Shown piece after piece: positions 11,377 through 22,308 of a stretch of DNA of 64,000 nt (within the stretch, counting starts at the first letter, position 1; each line of letters begins with the position of its first letter). The translations under genes and the position numbers were made by a program. The notes beneath the pieces were generated by a model. The model did not search any database and was not told the origin of the DNA. It saw only the letters and a program-made list of their open reading frames with translations. The DNA is taken from assembly GCA_023399815.1 (NCBI GenBank), contig JAEWOJ010000018.1, positions 6,454-70,453 of the forward strand. Direction: 5' to 3'. Source of the stretch: Pseudomonadota bacterium. GTDB taxonomy: Bacteria; Pseudomonadota; Gammaproteobacteria; Xanthomonadales; Xanthomonadaceae.

Positions 11377-11577
11377 TCCCTTCTCCCTTCGGGAGACAAA
11401 ACGGCAGGAATGCCGTTCTGCACGGCGAAGCCGCCCGAAGGGTGAGGCACAGGGATGTGCCGAATGCAGGTTCCCGAAGGGGCGGATGGGGGTACGGGCG
11501 AAGCCTGGTGCAATCAATTCCGCAGGAGCTTCGCTCCGAACCCTCACCCCAACCCCTCTCCCGATGGGAGAGGGGCT
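11377..11577 (+). repeat. Composite BoxC-like element copy 2, carrying module Y (~11397-11468)
   Basis: CCCTTCTCCC-TTC-GGGAGA[insert]GGTTCCCGAAGGGGCGGATG...CCCTCACCCCAACCCCTCTCCC-GAT-GGGAGAGGGG. Confidence 0.9.
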
Positions 11578-11591
11578 TTAGCTTCCGGCGC

Positions 11592-11846
11592 ATGCACACC
11601 GAAGACGACATCGAACTGAAGAAGCTGCGCTGGCGCTGCCGCCGCGGCATGCGCGAGCTGGACCAGCTGTTCGGCCGCTATCTCGACCAGCGCTGGGGGC
11701 AGGCGCCGGCGGCCGAGCGCGCGGTTTTCCTACTGCTGCTGGAAACCGAGGACGACAAGCTGTGGCGCTGGTCCATGGGCTACGAGGCCTGTCCCGATGC
11801 GTCGCAGGCAACCCTGCTGGAATACATCCGCGCCCTTCCGCTGTGA
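11592..11846 (+). CDS. sdhE: FAD assembly factor SdhE
   Basis: [13 protein letters not shown] motif. Confidence 0.93.
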   Translation: MHTEDDIELKKLRWRCRRGMRELDQLFGRYLDQRWGQAPAAERAVFLLLLETEDDKLWRWSMGYEACPDASQATLLEYIRALPL

Positions 11847-12225
11847 GTGGCGGCCCTCGCGCTGGCTGGCCGGCGCGCTGGCGCTGCTCGGGCTGCTGGC
11901 CGCGCTCGCGCTGTTGAACTGCGAACTGGGACGTCCCGTCGCGTGGCCGGCCGTGCTGCTGGCGCTGGGGTGGGGCCTCCTGCTGGCATGGCGTGGGCTG
12001 CGCCGGATGCCGCGGCAACTGCTGGTTCCGCCGGCACCGGTACCGGCCAGCGTGGATGGCATGGCGATCGACGCGCTGGAACTGCTGGAACGCGGCCCCC
12101 TGCTGGTGCTGCGCTGGCGTGCGGGAAAACGGCGCGGGCACCTGCTGTTCTGGCCGGATACGCTGCCGCGCGCGCGGCGACGTGAACTGCGACTGGCCGT
12201 GCGCGCCCGCGCCGTTTCCCGTTAG
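11797..12225 (+). CDS. YgfX-like membrane protein (start uncertain)
   Basis: WRPSR, two hydrophobic helices and LFWPDTL...RRELR; follows sdhE as ygfX does elsewhere. Confidence 0.65.
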   Translation: MRRRQPCWNTSAPFRCEWRPSRWLAGALALLGLLAALALLNCELGRPVAWPAVLLALGWGLLLAWRGLRRMPRQLLVPPAPVPASVDGMAIDALELLERGPLLVLRWRAGKRRGHLLFWPDTLPRARRRELRLAVRARAVSR

Positions 12226-12269
12226 CGGGCGGGGATGGCAACATGGCGCCACTTCATCGGCACACGCGC

Positions 12270-13511
12270 ATGTTCAGACCCTTACCCGTCGCAATCGGAT
12301 TGCGCTACCTGCGGGCCAAGCGCCGCAACGGCTTCATCTCCTTCATCTCCATGGCCTCGATCCTCGGCATCGCGCTCGGGGTGACGGTGCTGATCACCAC
12401 GCTGGCGGTGATGAGCGGTTTCCAGAAGGAAATCCGCGACCGCCTGCTGCAGATGTCGGCCCACGCCACGGTCAGCGCCGAAGGTGCGCCGATGACCGAC
12501 TGGCAGCACGCGGTGGACGTGGCGATGCGCGATCCGCGCGTGGCCGGCGCCGCGCCCTACATCGAGATCCAGGGCATGCTCGCCGGCCCGCGCGTGCAGG
12601 GCGCGATCGTGCAGGGCGTCGACCCGGCGCTGGAGCCGAAGGTGTCGGTGCTGGGCGAGAAGATGAAGCAGGGTTCGCTGGACAGCCTGCAGCCGGGCGG
12701 GTTCAACATCCTGCTCGGCAAGGAACTGGCGCTGTGGCTGGGCGTGGACGTGGGCGACAGCGTGGTGGCGACGCTGGCCGAGATCCAGGGCACCCCGGTC
12801 GGGGCGATGGCGCGGACCAAGCGCTTCAAGGTCAGCGGCATCTTCGAGGCCGGCTCCAACGAGGTCGACCGCGGCGTGGCCTTCGTCAACATGCAGGATC
12901 TGGAACGGGTGCTGCGCGTGGACGGCGTCACCGGCGTGCGCCTGAAGCTGCACGACATGGACCAGGCCTATACCGTGGCGCGCGACCTGGCCCTGAACCT
13001 CGACGGCTATTACCGGGTCAGCGACTGGACCCAGGAGAACGCGAACCTCTACCACTCGCTGCGCATGGAAAAGACGGTGATGGGCATCCTGTTGTCGCTG
13101 ATCGTCGCCATGGGCGCGTTCAACCTGGTGTCCTCGCAGGTGATGCTGGTGACCGACAAGCAGGCCGACATCGCCATCCTGCGCACGCTGGGGCTGACCC
13201 CGGGCGGGGTGATGCAGGTGTTCATGGTGCAGGGCAGCCTGATCGGGCTGATGGGCACGGTGGCCGGCGTGGTCGGCGGCATCGCGCTGACGCTCAACCT
13301 GGAGCGCATCCTCGGCCTGATCGAGTCGACCTTCAACATCAAGCTGCTGCCGGAGGACGTGTACTACATCACCGGCCTGCCGACCGACATGCAGACCGGC
13401 GACATCGTCGTCATCACCGCGGTGGCGCTGCTGATGAGCTTCCTGGCGACGCTGTACCCGGCCTGGCGCGCGGCGCGCACCCAGCCGGCGGAGGCGCTGC
13501 GCTATGAGTGA
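12270..13511 (+). CDS. lolC: Lipoprotein-releasing ABC transporter permease (single LolC/E-type subunit)
   Basis: [43 protein letters not shown]. Confidence 0.93.
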   Translation: MFRPLPVAIGLRYLRAKRRNGFISFISMASILGIALGVTVLITTLAVMSGFQKEIRDRLLQMSAHATVSAEGAPMTDWQHAVDVAMRDPRVAGAAPYIEIQGMLAGPRVQGAIVQGVDPALEPKVSVLGEKMKQGSLDSLQPGGFNILLGKELALWLGVDVGDSVVATLAEIQGTPVGAMARTKRFKVSGIFEAGSNEVDRGVAFVNMQDLERVLRVDGVTGVRLKLHDMDQAYTVARDLALNLDGYYRVSDWTQENANLYHSLRMEKTVMGILLSLIVAMGAFNLVSSQVMLVTDKQADIAILRTLGLTPGGVMQVFMVQGSLIGLMGTVAGVVGGIALTLNLERILGLIESTFNIKLLPEDVYYITGLPTDMQTGDIVVITAVALLMSFLATLYPAWRAARTQPAEALRYE

Positions 13512-14214
13512 GAACGCGAACATGGAATCGGTGATCCGCGCCGAAGGGCTGGCCAAGACCTACGCCGAAGGGCGCATGCGTACGCCGGTGTTCGACGGCC
13601 TGGAACTGGACGTGGCGCCGGGCGAGACGGTGGCGATCGTCGGCGCCTCCGGCGCCGGCAAAAGCACGCTGCTGCACCTGCTGGGCGGGCTGGACGTGCC
13701 CACCGCCGGCGAGGTCTACGTGGCCGGGCAACGCATGTCGACGCTGTCCGATGCGCAGCGCGGGCGCCTGCGCAACAGCTCGCTGGGCTTCGTCTACCAG
13801 TTCCACCACCTGCTGCCGGAATTCACCGCGCTGGAGAACGTGATGATGCCGGTGATGCTGGGAGGCGCCGAGGTGGCGGCCGCCGGGCAGCGGGCGAAGG
13901 CCCTGCTGGAATCGGTGGGGCTGGGGCACCGGCTGGAGCACAAGCCGGGCGAACTGTCCGGCGGCGAGCGCCAGCGCGCGGCGGTGGCGCGGGCGCTGGT
14001 CAACCAGCCGGCCTGCGTGCTCGGCGACGAACCCACCGGCAACCTCGACGACAAGACCGCCGCGACGGTGTTCGAGCTGATGCTGGAACTGAACCGCGCG
14101 CACCGGACCAGCCTGGTGCTGGTGACCCACGACCGCGGCCTGGCCCGCAGGCTGGACCGGGTGCTGGAACTGCGCGAGGCGCGGCTGCACCCGCTCGCCC
14201 GCGCCGAGGTCTGA
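13504..14214 (+). CDS. lolD: Lipoprotein-releasing ABC transporter ATPase
   Basis: [27 protein letters not shown]. Confidence 0.95.
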   Translation: MSENANMESVIRAEGLAKTYAEGRMRTPVFDGLELDVAPGETVAIVGASGAGKSTLLHLLGGLDVPTAGEVYVAGQRMSTLSDAQRGRLRNSSLGFVYQFHHLLPEFTALENVMMPVMLGGAEVAAAGQRAKALLESVGLGHRLEHKPGELSGGERQRAAVARALVNQPACVLGDEPTGNLDDKTAATVFELMLELNRAHRTSLVLVTHDRGLARRLDRVLELREARLHPLARAEV

Positions 14215-14348
14215 GAACGGCCCCGCGCTCGCCCAATAGCGGGGCACGCTGTAATCCGGCACGCCGGCTGAATCGGCGGCGGATTCCCGCTTGCGCCTCA
14301 CCGGGCGGGGTGCAAGATGGCGCGGTATTCCCGAGCAGGAGGTGTGTC

Positions 14349-14807
14349 GTGAAACGTCTGGCAATGGTTCTACTCGCCGCCGCGGTCCTGGCCGGCTGCG
14401 CCACGGCAGGCAGGCTTTCCAGCAGCGAGCGGCTGGCGCTGTACCGGGCCCATGCCGGCGCGCCGGTCAGGGACTTCCAGTATTTCGGCTCGCTCAACGG
14501 CTGGACCGAACTCGGCGACAGCGCGCTGGCGGTGTGGACCCGGCCCAGCGAAGCCTGGTTGCTGAGCCTGAGCGGCCCGTGCATGGATCTTTCCTATGCG
14601 CCGGCGATCAGCGTGACCAACATGATGGGGCGGGTGTCGGCGAAGTTCGACCGCGTGATCGTGCGCGGCGGCAGCCCGGGCATGGTGCCGATGCCCTGCC
14701 GGATCGATACCATCCAGCCGCTGGACGTGAAGGCGCTGCGCGTATCGGAAAAGGAGCTGCGCGAGGCCAAGATCGAGGCGCGCACCGAGGAGCAGGGCGG
14801 CAACTGA
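14349..14807 (+). CDS. Conserved lipoprotein (DUF6491-like)
   Basis: AGGAGG RBS and GTG start; lipobox LAGC; WTRPSEAWLL...C...CRI pattern. Confidence 0.75.
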   Translation: MKRLAMVLLAAAVLAGCATAGRLSSSERLALYRAHAGAPVRDFQYFGSLNGWTELGDSALAVWTRPSEAWLLSLSGPCMDLSYAPAISVTNMMGRVSAKFDRVIVRGGSPGMVPMPCRIDTIQPLDVKALRVSEKELREAKIEARTEEQGGN

Positions 14808-14813
14808 CGCCGG

Positions 14814-15012
14814 GTAGGCCGGGGCTACGCCCCGACGCTCGTCGTCATCCATTCCGCGGGTCGGGGGGGCAACCCCGACCTACAGGGTCTCATGTGCGAC
14901 ATGGCCGCTCAGCTTTTCCGTGCCGCCGGCCGAACGGAAACCGTAGGTCGGGGCTACGCCCCCGACGCTCGTCGCCATCCATTCCGTGGGGCGGGGATGC
15001 AACCCGACCTAC
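14814..15012. repeat. Two tandem GTAG-type REP doublets (GTAGGTCGGGG...CCCCGACCTAC), 129 bp period
   Basis: Units start at 14814 and 14943; the same family occurs at 61648-61721. Confidence 0.88.
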
Positions 15013-15284
15013 GGGGTCTCGGGTGCGACGAAGCCGGCCGGCTTTTCCGCGCCGCCGCCGAACAGGAACTTGACCAGTTCTTCCTCCAGGAACGCGCGGT
15101 GCTTCGGGTCGCGCGGCGAGAGCCGGTTCTCGTTGATCAGCATGGTCTGGTGCGCCAGCCAGGCCGCCCACGCCTGCTTGCCGATGTTGGCGAAGATGCG
15201 CTGGCCCAGTTCGCCGGGGTAGGGCACGAAGTCCAGGCCTTCGGTTTCGCGTTGTTCGTACTGGCAGAAGACGGAGCGGGGCAT
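15009..15284 (-). CDS. yggX: Fe(II) trafficking / oxidative damage protection protein
   Basis: [28 protein letters not shown]. Confidence 0.95.
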   Translation of the reverse strand: MPRSVFCQYEQRETEGLDFVPYPGELGQRIFANIGKQAWAAWLAHQTMLINENRLSPRDPKHRAFLEEELVKFLFGGGAEKPAGFVAPETP

Positions 15285-15315
15285 GCGGTATTCCTGTCGA
15301 TGGAGCGGGCCGCCG

Positions 15316-16362
15316 TCAGTGGCGGTCGAGCAGCTTGCGGATCGGCGCGGGCAGGCCCAGTGAGGCCAGATCGGCACGGGCAACCCAACGCAGGTCGTCA
15401 TTGTCGCCCACGCGCGGTCGCAGGGCGACCTTGCGCAGGTGCAGCGGCTGCAGGTGCAGGCGGTAGTGGCTGAAGGTGTGGACGACCAGCGGCAGTTCCT
15501 CGGCACCGTCGTAGTCGCCGTCGATATGGCCGGCGAACCATTCGCGCAGTGCGGCGTCGGTGTCGGCCTGCGGCAGCGTCCACAGCGAGGCCCAGATGCC
15601 GACGGGAGGGCGCTTGAGCAGCAGGATGTGGCCCTGCGCGTCTTCCAGCAGCAGCGCGCTGGCCTCGCGCTCGGGCAGCACCTTGCTCGGCTTGGGCGTG
15701 GGCAGCGCATCCACCAGTCCCTGCGTTTGCGCGGCGCAGCCATCGCGTACCGGGCACAGGATGCAGGCCGGATTGGCGCGGGTGCACAGCGTGGCGCCGA
15801 AATCCATCTGCGCCTGCGTCCAGTCGGCCATGCGTCCCTGCGGCACCTGCTCCACGTGCTGCGCGGCCAGCGCCCATAACTGCTTCTCGATGGCGGGCAG
15901 GCCCGGGTAGCCGGCGATGCCGTAATGGCGGGTCAGCACGCGCTTGACGTTGCCGTCGAGGATCGGGAACGGGTCGTTCCAGGCCTGGCTGAGGATGGCG
16001 CCGGCGGTGCTGCGGCCGATGCCGGGCAGCGCCAGCAGGGCGTCGAGGTCGCGCGGCAGGTCGCCGTCGTGCAGTTCGACGCAGCGCCTGGCGGCGGCAT
16101 GCAGGTTGCGCGCGCGGGCGTAGTAGCCCAGCCCGGCCCAGTGCGCCATCAGCGTGTCGTTGTCGGCCGCGGCCAGGTCGGGCAGCGTCGGGAACGACTG
16201 CACGAAGCGCTGGAAATAGGGGATGACCGTGGCGACCTGGGTCTGCTGCAGCATGATCTCCGACAGCCATACCCGGTACGGCGTGCGCGGGTGCTGCCAG
16301 GGCAGGTCGTGGCGGCCGTGGTGGTCGAACCAGTCGAGCAGGCGGGTGGCAAAGTGGGGCAT
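15316..16362 (-). CDS. mutY: A/G-specific adenine glycosylase
   Basis: [24 protein letters not shown], HhH motif and [13 protein letters not shown]e-S motif. Confidence 0.97.
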   Translation of the reverse strand: MPHFATRLLDWFDHHGRHDLPWQHPRTPYRVWLSEIMLQQTQVATVIPYFQRFVQSFPTLPDLAAADNDTLMAHWAGLGYYARARNLHAAARRCVELHDGDLPRDLDALLALPGIGRSTAGAILSQAWNDPFPILDGNVKRVLTRHYGIAGYPGLPAIEKQLWALAAQHVEQVPQGRMADWTQAQMDFGATLCTRANPACILCPVRDGCAAQTQGLVDALPTPKPSKVLPEREASALLLEDAQGHILLLKRPPVGIWASLWTLPQADTDAALREWFAGHIDGDYDGAEELPLVVHTFSHYRLHLQPLHLRKVALRPRVGDNDDLRWVARADLASLGLPAPIRKLLDRH

Positions 16363-16388
16363 GGACTATCGCGGGGGCTTGGTTATGT

Positions 16389-16519
16389 TCCCTTCTCCCA
16401 CTGGGAGAAGGTGCCCCGAAGGGGCGGATGAGGGTAAGGGCGAAGCCTCGTGCGGCCAGGCATTGCGAGGGCTTCGCCCCAACCCTCACCCCAACCCTTC
16501 TCCCGGTGGGAGAGGGGCT
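16389..16519 (+). repeat. Composite BoxC-like element copy 3 (empty, no modules)
   Basis: CCCTTCTCCCACTGGGAGAAGGTGCCCCGAAGGGGCGGATGAGGG-spacer-CCCTCACCCCAACCCTTCTCCCGGTGGGAGAGGGG. Confidence 0.92.
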
Positions 16520-17718
16520 CAAGCCGCTCCCAGCGCCTCCGGCAGCAGCGCATCGACGAAGGCTTCCGGGTCGAACACGCGCAGGTCTTCGGGGCGCTCG
16601 CCGATGCCGGCGAAGCGGATCGGGATGCCGAACTCGCGCGCCAGCGCGAACACCACGCCGCCCTTGGCGGTGCCGTCGAGCTTGGTCACCACCAGCCCCG
16701 TGACGCCGGCGGCGGCATGGAACTGGCGCAGCTGGTTCAGCGCGTTCTGGCCGGTGGTGCCGTCGATCACCATCAGCACCTCGTGCGGCGCGGTGTCGTC
16801 GATCTTGCCGAGCACGCGGCGGATCTTGCTCAACTCGTTCATCAGCCCGGCCTGGGTGTGCAGGCGGCCGGCGGTATCGGCGATCAGCACGCTGGTGCCG
16901 CGAGCCTTGCCGGCCTGCAGCGCATCGAAGGCGACCGAGGCGGCATCGGCGTTCTGGCCCTGGGCGATCACGGCCACGCCGTTGCGCTCGCCCCATATCT
17001 GAAGCTGCGCCACGGCGGCGGCGCGGAAGGTGTCGCCGGCGGCCAGCATCAGGCTGTGGCCTTCGTCCTTGAAGCGCTTGGCGAGCTTGCCGATGGTGGT
17101 GGTCTTGCCGACGCCGTTGACGCCGACGGTGAGGATCACGAACGGCCTGGCGTTGCCGTCGATGACCAGCGGCCGGGAAACCGGCTGCAGCAGGGCGATC
17201 AGGTCGGCGCGCAGGGCGGCGAGCAGGGCGTTGGCGTCGGTGAACTCGCGCGCCTTCATGCGCCTGCGCAGGTCCTCGACCAGCGCGGTGGTGGCGGGCA
17301 CGCCGACGTCGGCGGTCAGCAGCGCGGTCTCGATCTCGTCGAGCAGGTCGTCGTCCAGCCGCGGATTGCGCGAGAACAGGCCGCCGAAGCTGCGGGCGAA
17401 GGCGCTGTTGCGCAGGCGGTCGCGCCAGCCGGACTTGCCGGCAGCCGCCGCCGGCGCGGCGTTGGCGGGGATCAGGCCGGCATCGCTTTCCATCGCCGCC
17501 GGCTGCCCGGGAGCGTCGGCAACGGGAATATCGGCGGGAACGGGCTCCTGCGCCGGGACCACGACCTCGGCAGAGGGCGCCTCGACGACCGGCGCGGTCG
17601 GCGCTTCCTGTTCGACGGGCGAGGGGACGGCGGAGGTCAGCTCCTCGGCGCTGAACTGCGGGGGCTTGCCGACCGCAGGGGTGTCCTGGGGCTTCTTGCG
17701 ACGGAAAAAACTGAGCAT
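16519..17718 (-). CDS. ftsY: SRP receptor
   Basis: GVNGVGKTTT, DTFRAAA, DTAGRL, TKLDGTAKGG. Confidence 0.97.
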   Translation of the reverse strand: MLSFFRRKKPQDTPAVGKPPQFSAEELTSAVPSPVEQEAPTAPVVEAPSAEVVVPAQEPVPADIPVADAPGQPAAMESDAGLIPANAAPAAAAGKSGWRDRLRNSAFARSFGGLFSRNPRLDDDLLDEIETALLTADVGVPATTALVEDLRRRMKAREFTDANALLAALRADLIALLQPVSRPLVIDGNARPFVILTVGVNGVGKTTTIGKLAKRFKDEGHSLMLAAGDTFRAAAVAQLQIWGERNGVAVIAQGQNADAASVAFDALQAGKARGTSVLIADTAGRLHTQAGLMNELSKIRRVLGKIDDTAPHEVLMVIDGTTGQNALNQLRQFHAAAGVTGLVVTKLDGTAKGGVVFALAREFGIPIRFAGIGERPEDLRVFDPEAFVDALLPEALGAA

Positions 17719-17795
17719 GGATGAGAAAAACCGGGGCAGGTGGACATGCTACCACCGGCGCTGGCCGCGGCCGGTTCGCAGGTCCGTGAAAGGGT

Positions 17796-17822
17796 TAAAG
17801 TTGCCGCGTTTCCGGCCGATGC
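17796..17822 (+). promoter_or_regulatory. Sigma28 (FliA) promoter
   Basis: TAAAGTT...GCCGATGC with TAAA-N15-GCCGAT spacing. Confidence 0.7.
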
Positions 17823-17828
17823 CATGGC

Positions 17829-18128
17829 ATGAACGCGATTTCCTCCATTGCCGGTTCCGGCATGCGTGTCGCCGTGATGGGCGTGCGCGTGTCGGCGCAG
17901 AACATCGCCGTGCAACCGGTAAGGCCGGTGGTGCCGCGGCAGGTGCTTGCCGTGCAGACCATCCCGGGCGGCGGCGCCAGCGCGCAGGTGGTCGCGGGAA
18001 ACGAGGCGCCGGACATGGTGGCCGATCTCATGGCCGCCAAGACCTATGAAGTGGCCTTCGCCGCCAATGCGGTGGTGATCCGGCGGAACGACGAGATGCT
18101 GGGTACGCTGTTCGACGCGTTCGCCTGA
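17829..18128 (+). CDS. Small flagellar basal-body rod/hook-like protein (N- and C-terminal axial motifs only)
   Basis: IAGSGM...SAQNIA N-terminus and MVADLMAAKTYEVAFAANAVVIRRNDEMLGTLFD C-terminus resemble FlgC/FlgE termini. Confidence 0.72.
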   Translation: MNAISSIAGSGMRVAVMGVRVSAQNIAVQPVRPVVPRQVLAVQTIPGGGASAQVVAGNEAPDMVADLMAAKTYEVAFAANAVVIRRNDEMLGTLFDAFA

Positions 18129-18409
18129 TTCCTTCTCCCGTCGGGAGAAGGCCTGGCAGGATTGTCAGATTGCATGGCGAAGCCGCCGGCAAGATGAGGC
18201 ATGGGGAAGTGCCGGAGGCAGGTGTCTCGAAGGGGCGGATGAAGGTACGGGGCGAAGCCCCGTACCGCTTGTAATCACGCGGCTTCGCCCCGTGTCCTCA
18301 CCCCGGCCCCCGCTCCGTGCCCCGGCCCACGCCAGCGGCGTGGGCGCTCCACCGCACGCGCGCCAGTGGCGCGCAAGCCGTGCCTTCCCGCCCCTCCGGG
18401 AGAGGGGCT
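18129..18409 (+). repeat. Composite BoxC-like element copy 4, carrying both module Y (~18150-18220) and module X (~18311-18390)
   Basis: Both arms recognisable, each interrupted by a module found in other copies. Confidence 0.88.
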
Positions 18410-18417
18410 TTGATGCA

Positions 18418-20316
18418 TCAGGCCGACAGTTCCAGCAGCAGCTTGTTGAGCCGGCGCACGTAGGCGGCGGGGTCCTTCAGGCCGTCGCCGGCGGCCAGGG
18501 CGGCCTGGTCGAACAGCACCCGCGCCAGGTCGTTGAAGCGGTCCATGTCCGGCTCGGCGTCGAGCTTCTCGATCAGCGGATGCGCCGGGTTGAACTCGAA
18601 CACCGGCCGGCTCTCGGGCACCTTCTGCCCGCTGGCCTCCAGGATCTGCCGCATCTGCAGGCCCAGGTCCTGCTCGCCGATGGCCAGGATCGCCGGCGAA
18701 TCGGTCAGGCGGTGGGAGACGCGCACCTCGGCCACGTCCTCGCCCAGCGCGGTCTTGATGCGCGTGGCCAGCCCTTCCTTGGCCTTGGCGGTCTCCTCCT
18801 GCGCCTTCTTCTCTTCCTCCGAATCCAGCGCGCCCAGGTCGAGGTCGCCGCGGGCGACGTCCACGAACGACTTGCCGTCGAACTCGTGCAGGTAGTTCAT
18901 CAGCCACTCGTCGATGCGGTCGGTCATCAGCAGCACTTCGATGCCCTTCTTGCGGAACACCTCCAGGTGCGGGCTGTCCTTGACCTGCAGATGGCTCTCG
19001 CCGGTGAGGTAGTAGATCTTGTCCTGGCTCTCGGCCATGCGGCCGACGTAGTCGGCCAGCGCCACGTCCTGCTCGCCGTCGTTGCTGCGGGTGGAGGCGA
19101 AGCGCAGCAGGCCGGCGATCTTCTCGCGGTTGTTGAAGTCCTCGGCCGGGCCTTCCTTCAGCACCTGGCCGAATTCCTTCCAGAAGCGCTGGTAGTCCTC
19201 GGGCCTGTCCTTGGCCAGCTTCTCCAGCATGTCGAGCGCGCGCCTGGTCAGCGCCGACTTCATCGAATCGACCACCGGGCCGGACTGCAGGATCTCGCGC
19301 GAGACGTTCAGCGGCAGATCGCTGGAATCGACCACGCCCTTGATGAAGCGCAGGTACAGCGGCAGGAACTGCTCGGCCTGGTCCATGATGAAGACGCGCT
19401 GCACATAGAGCTTCAGGCCCTTGGCGGCGTCGCGGTGGTACAGGTCGAACGGCGCGCGGCCGGGCGTGTACAGCAGCGAGGTGTACTCCAGCTTGCCCTC
19501 GACCTTGTTGTGGCTCCAGGCCAGTGGGTCGGAGAAGTCGTGGGCGATGTGCTTGTAGAACTCGGTGTATTCCTCGTCCGAGATCTCGGACTTGGGCCGG
19601 GTCCACAGCGCATTGGCCTTGTTGACCGCTTCCCATTCCAGCGCCTCGGGCGTGTCCTCGCCGTGCTGTTCCTTGTGCAGCTCGATCGGCAGGCCGATGT
19701 GGTCGGAGTACTTCTTGACCAGCCCGCGCAGCTTCCAGTTGTCGGCGAAGCCTTCCTCGCCGTTCTTCAGATGCAGCACGATGCGGGTGCCGCGCTCGGG
19801 CTTGTCGATGGTCTCGACCTCGAACTCGCCTTCGCCGCGCGAGGACCAGTGCACGCCCTCGCTGGCCGGCAGACCGGCGCGGCGGCTGTACACGTCGACC
19901 TGATCGGCGACGATGAAGGCCGAGTAGAAGCCCACGCCGAACTGGCCGATCAGGTTGGCGTCCTTCTTCTGGTCGCCGGACAGGGCCTTGAGGAACTCGC
20001 CGGTGCCGGACTTGGCGATGGTGCCCAGGTGGGCCACGGCCTCGTCGCGGCTCATGCCGATGCCGTTGTCGTCGATGGTCAGCGTGCGCGCGGCCGGGTC
20101 GGCCTCGATGCGGATGCGCAGCGCGCCGTCGCCTTCCAGCAGCTCGGGCCGGGTCAAGGCTTCGAAGCGCAGCTTGTCGGCGGCGTCGGCGGCGTTGGAC
20201 ACCAGCTCGCGCAGGAAGATTTCCTTGTTCGAGTACAGCGAATGGATCATCAGGTGCAGCAGCTGCTTCACCTCGGTCTGGAAACCGCGGGTTTCCTTGT
20301 GGGCTTCGGCGGTCAT
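18418..20316 (-). CDS. htpG: Hsp90 chaperone
   Basis: [39 protein letters not shown]. Confidence 0.98.
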   Translation of the reverse strand: MTAEAHKETRGFQTEVKQLLHLMIHSLYSNKEIFLRELVSNAADAADKLRFEALTRPELLEGDGALRIRIEADPAARTLTIDDNGIGMSRDEAVAHLGTIAKSGTGEFLKALSGDQKKDANLIGQFGVGFYSAFIVADQVDVYSRRAGLPASEGVHWSSRGEGEFEVETIDKPERGTRIVLHLKNGEEGFADNWKLRGLVKKYSDHIGLPIELHKEQHGEDTPEALEWEAVNKANALWTRPKSEISDEEYTEFYKHIAHDFSDPLAWSHNKVEGKLEYTSLLYTPGRAPFDLYHRDAAKGLKLYVQRVFIMDQAEQFLPLYLRFIKGVVDSSDLPLNVSREILQSGPVVDSMKSALTRRALDMLEKLAKDRPEDYQRFWKEFGQVLKEGPAEDFNNREKIAGLLRFASTRSNDGEQDVALADYVGRMAESQDKIYYLTGESHLQVKDSPHLEVFRKKGIEVLLMTDRIDEWLMNYLHEFDGKSFVDVARGDLDLGALDSEEEKKAQEETAKAKEGLATRIKTALGEDVAEVRVSHRLTDSPAILAIGEQDLGLQMRQILEASGQKVPESRPVFEFNPAHPLIEKLDAEPDMDRFNDLARVLFDQAALAAGDGLKDPAAYVRRLNKLLLELSA

Positions 20317-20373
20317 CGTCGGGTTCGCTCCGTGGGTTGCCTGGGCCGCACGTGGCGGCCGATGGATCACGGG

Positions 20374-20400
20374 GTATGGGCCGGCCGGCGAATTTCAAGA
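20374..20400 (-). promoter_or_regulatory. Sigma32 (RpoH) heat-shock promoter of htpG
   Basis: Minus strand TCTTGAAA-N12-CCCATAC resembles CTTGAAA...CCCCAT. Confidence 0.75.
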
Positions 20401-20428
20401 TCGGCGCGCGTGCAGGCGTGCAGGACCT

Positions 20429-20495
20429 GTAGGAGCGACGCCAGTCGCGAGGGGCTTTCCCGGTGAAGCCACATCGCGACTGGCGTCGCTCCTAC
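20429..20495. repeat. GTAG-type REP doublet (GTAGGAGCGACGCCAGTCGCGA inverted pair)
   Basis: Perfect inverted pair; same family at 40714-40828 and 56236-56257, variant at 63654-63731. Confidence 0.92.
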
Positions 20496-20566
20496 AGTCC
20501 TGCGGGTCTGGCCGGGAAAACGCCTGCGCGGTAGCGGGTTCGGCTTATCATGCCGGCCCCGTCCCG

Positions 20567-21726
<1,160 letters not shown>

Positions 21727-21770
21727 ACCATCCCAACAGCTGCAACGAATCCATTAGAGGGAGACGATCC

Positions 21771-22262
21771 ATGAAGAACACGATGCGCGTGATGCTTGCC
21801 GCTTCGCTGGTGCTGGGCTTCACCGCCTGCAAGAAGGAAGAGGCCGCTCCGGCCGCCGAAGCGCAGCAGGCGCTGGTGGCGCCGGCCAAGGACGACGACG
21901 CCGGCTGGCGCAAGTACCTGCAGGCCGTGGCCGTGCAGAACATGGGCAACATCAGCAACAGCCCGTTCCTGTACTACCTGCCGCCGGAATCGGATGCGGA
22001 GTTCGCCGCCAAGTACGAGCGCCAGGTCGAGAGCGCCACTGCCGCCATCGGCCGCGGCGTGTCGCCGGGCAACCTGCTGGCCTTCGGTTCCTCGGCCTCG
22101 GCGAAGATGGCCGACCTGATCGAAACCGCGTTCAAGGGCGTGGAAGCCGATTCGATGAAGGGCGTGCGCGTGGTGTTCATCGGCGATGCCGCCGACAATG
22201 CCCGCGTGCAGACCATCGTGCAGCCGACCGGCGCCGACTACATCTTCGTCGAAGCCAAGTGA
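21771..22262 (+). CDS. Hypothetical lipoprotein
   Basis: GGAG RBS, signal peptide with FTAC lipobox, host-like codon use. Confidence 0.8.
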   Translation: MKNTMRVMLAASLVLGFTACKKEEAAPAAEAQQALVAPAKDDDAGWRKYLQAVAVQNMGNISNSPFLYYLPPESDAEFAAKYERQVESATAAIGRGVSPGNLLAFGSSASAKMADLIETAFKGVEADSMKGVRVVFIGDAADNARVQTIVQPTGADYIFVEAK

Positions 22263-22308
22263 CGCAGTGGCGCGAGGCCGCGTCCGCGCGGCCTCGCCTT
22301 TGCCGCTG

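Noticed and set aside
11397..11468. Module Y as a tRNA gene
   Set aside because: Multi-hairpin but lacks the T-loop GTTCGA, an acceptor stem and CCA
11370..11591. N-terminal extension of sdhE, and short ORFs over repeats (24401-24835, 53325-53937)
   Set aside because: Translations of the composite repeat ([16 protein letters not shown] recur in unrelated places)
14814..15070. Tandem units as a possible CRISPR array
   Set aside because: Only two units, the intervening sequences are homologous rather than unique spacers, the repeats are GTAG REPs and no cas genes are present
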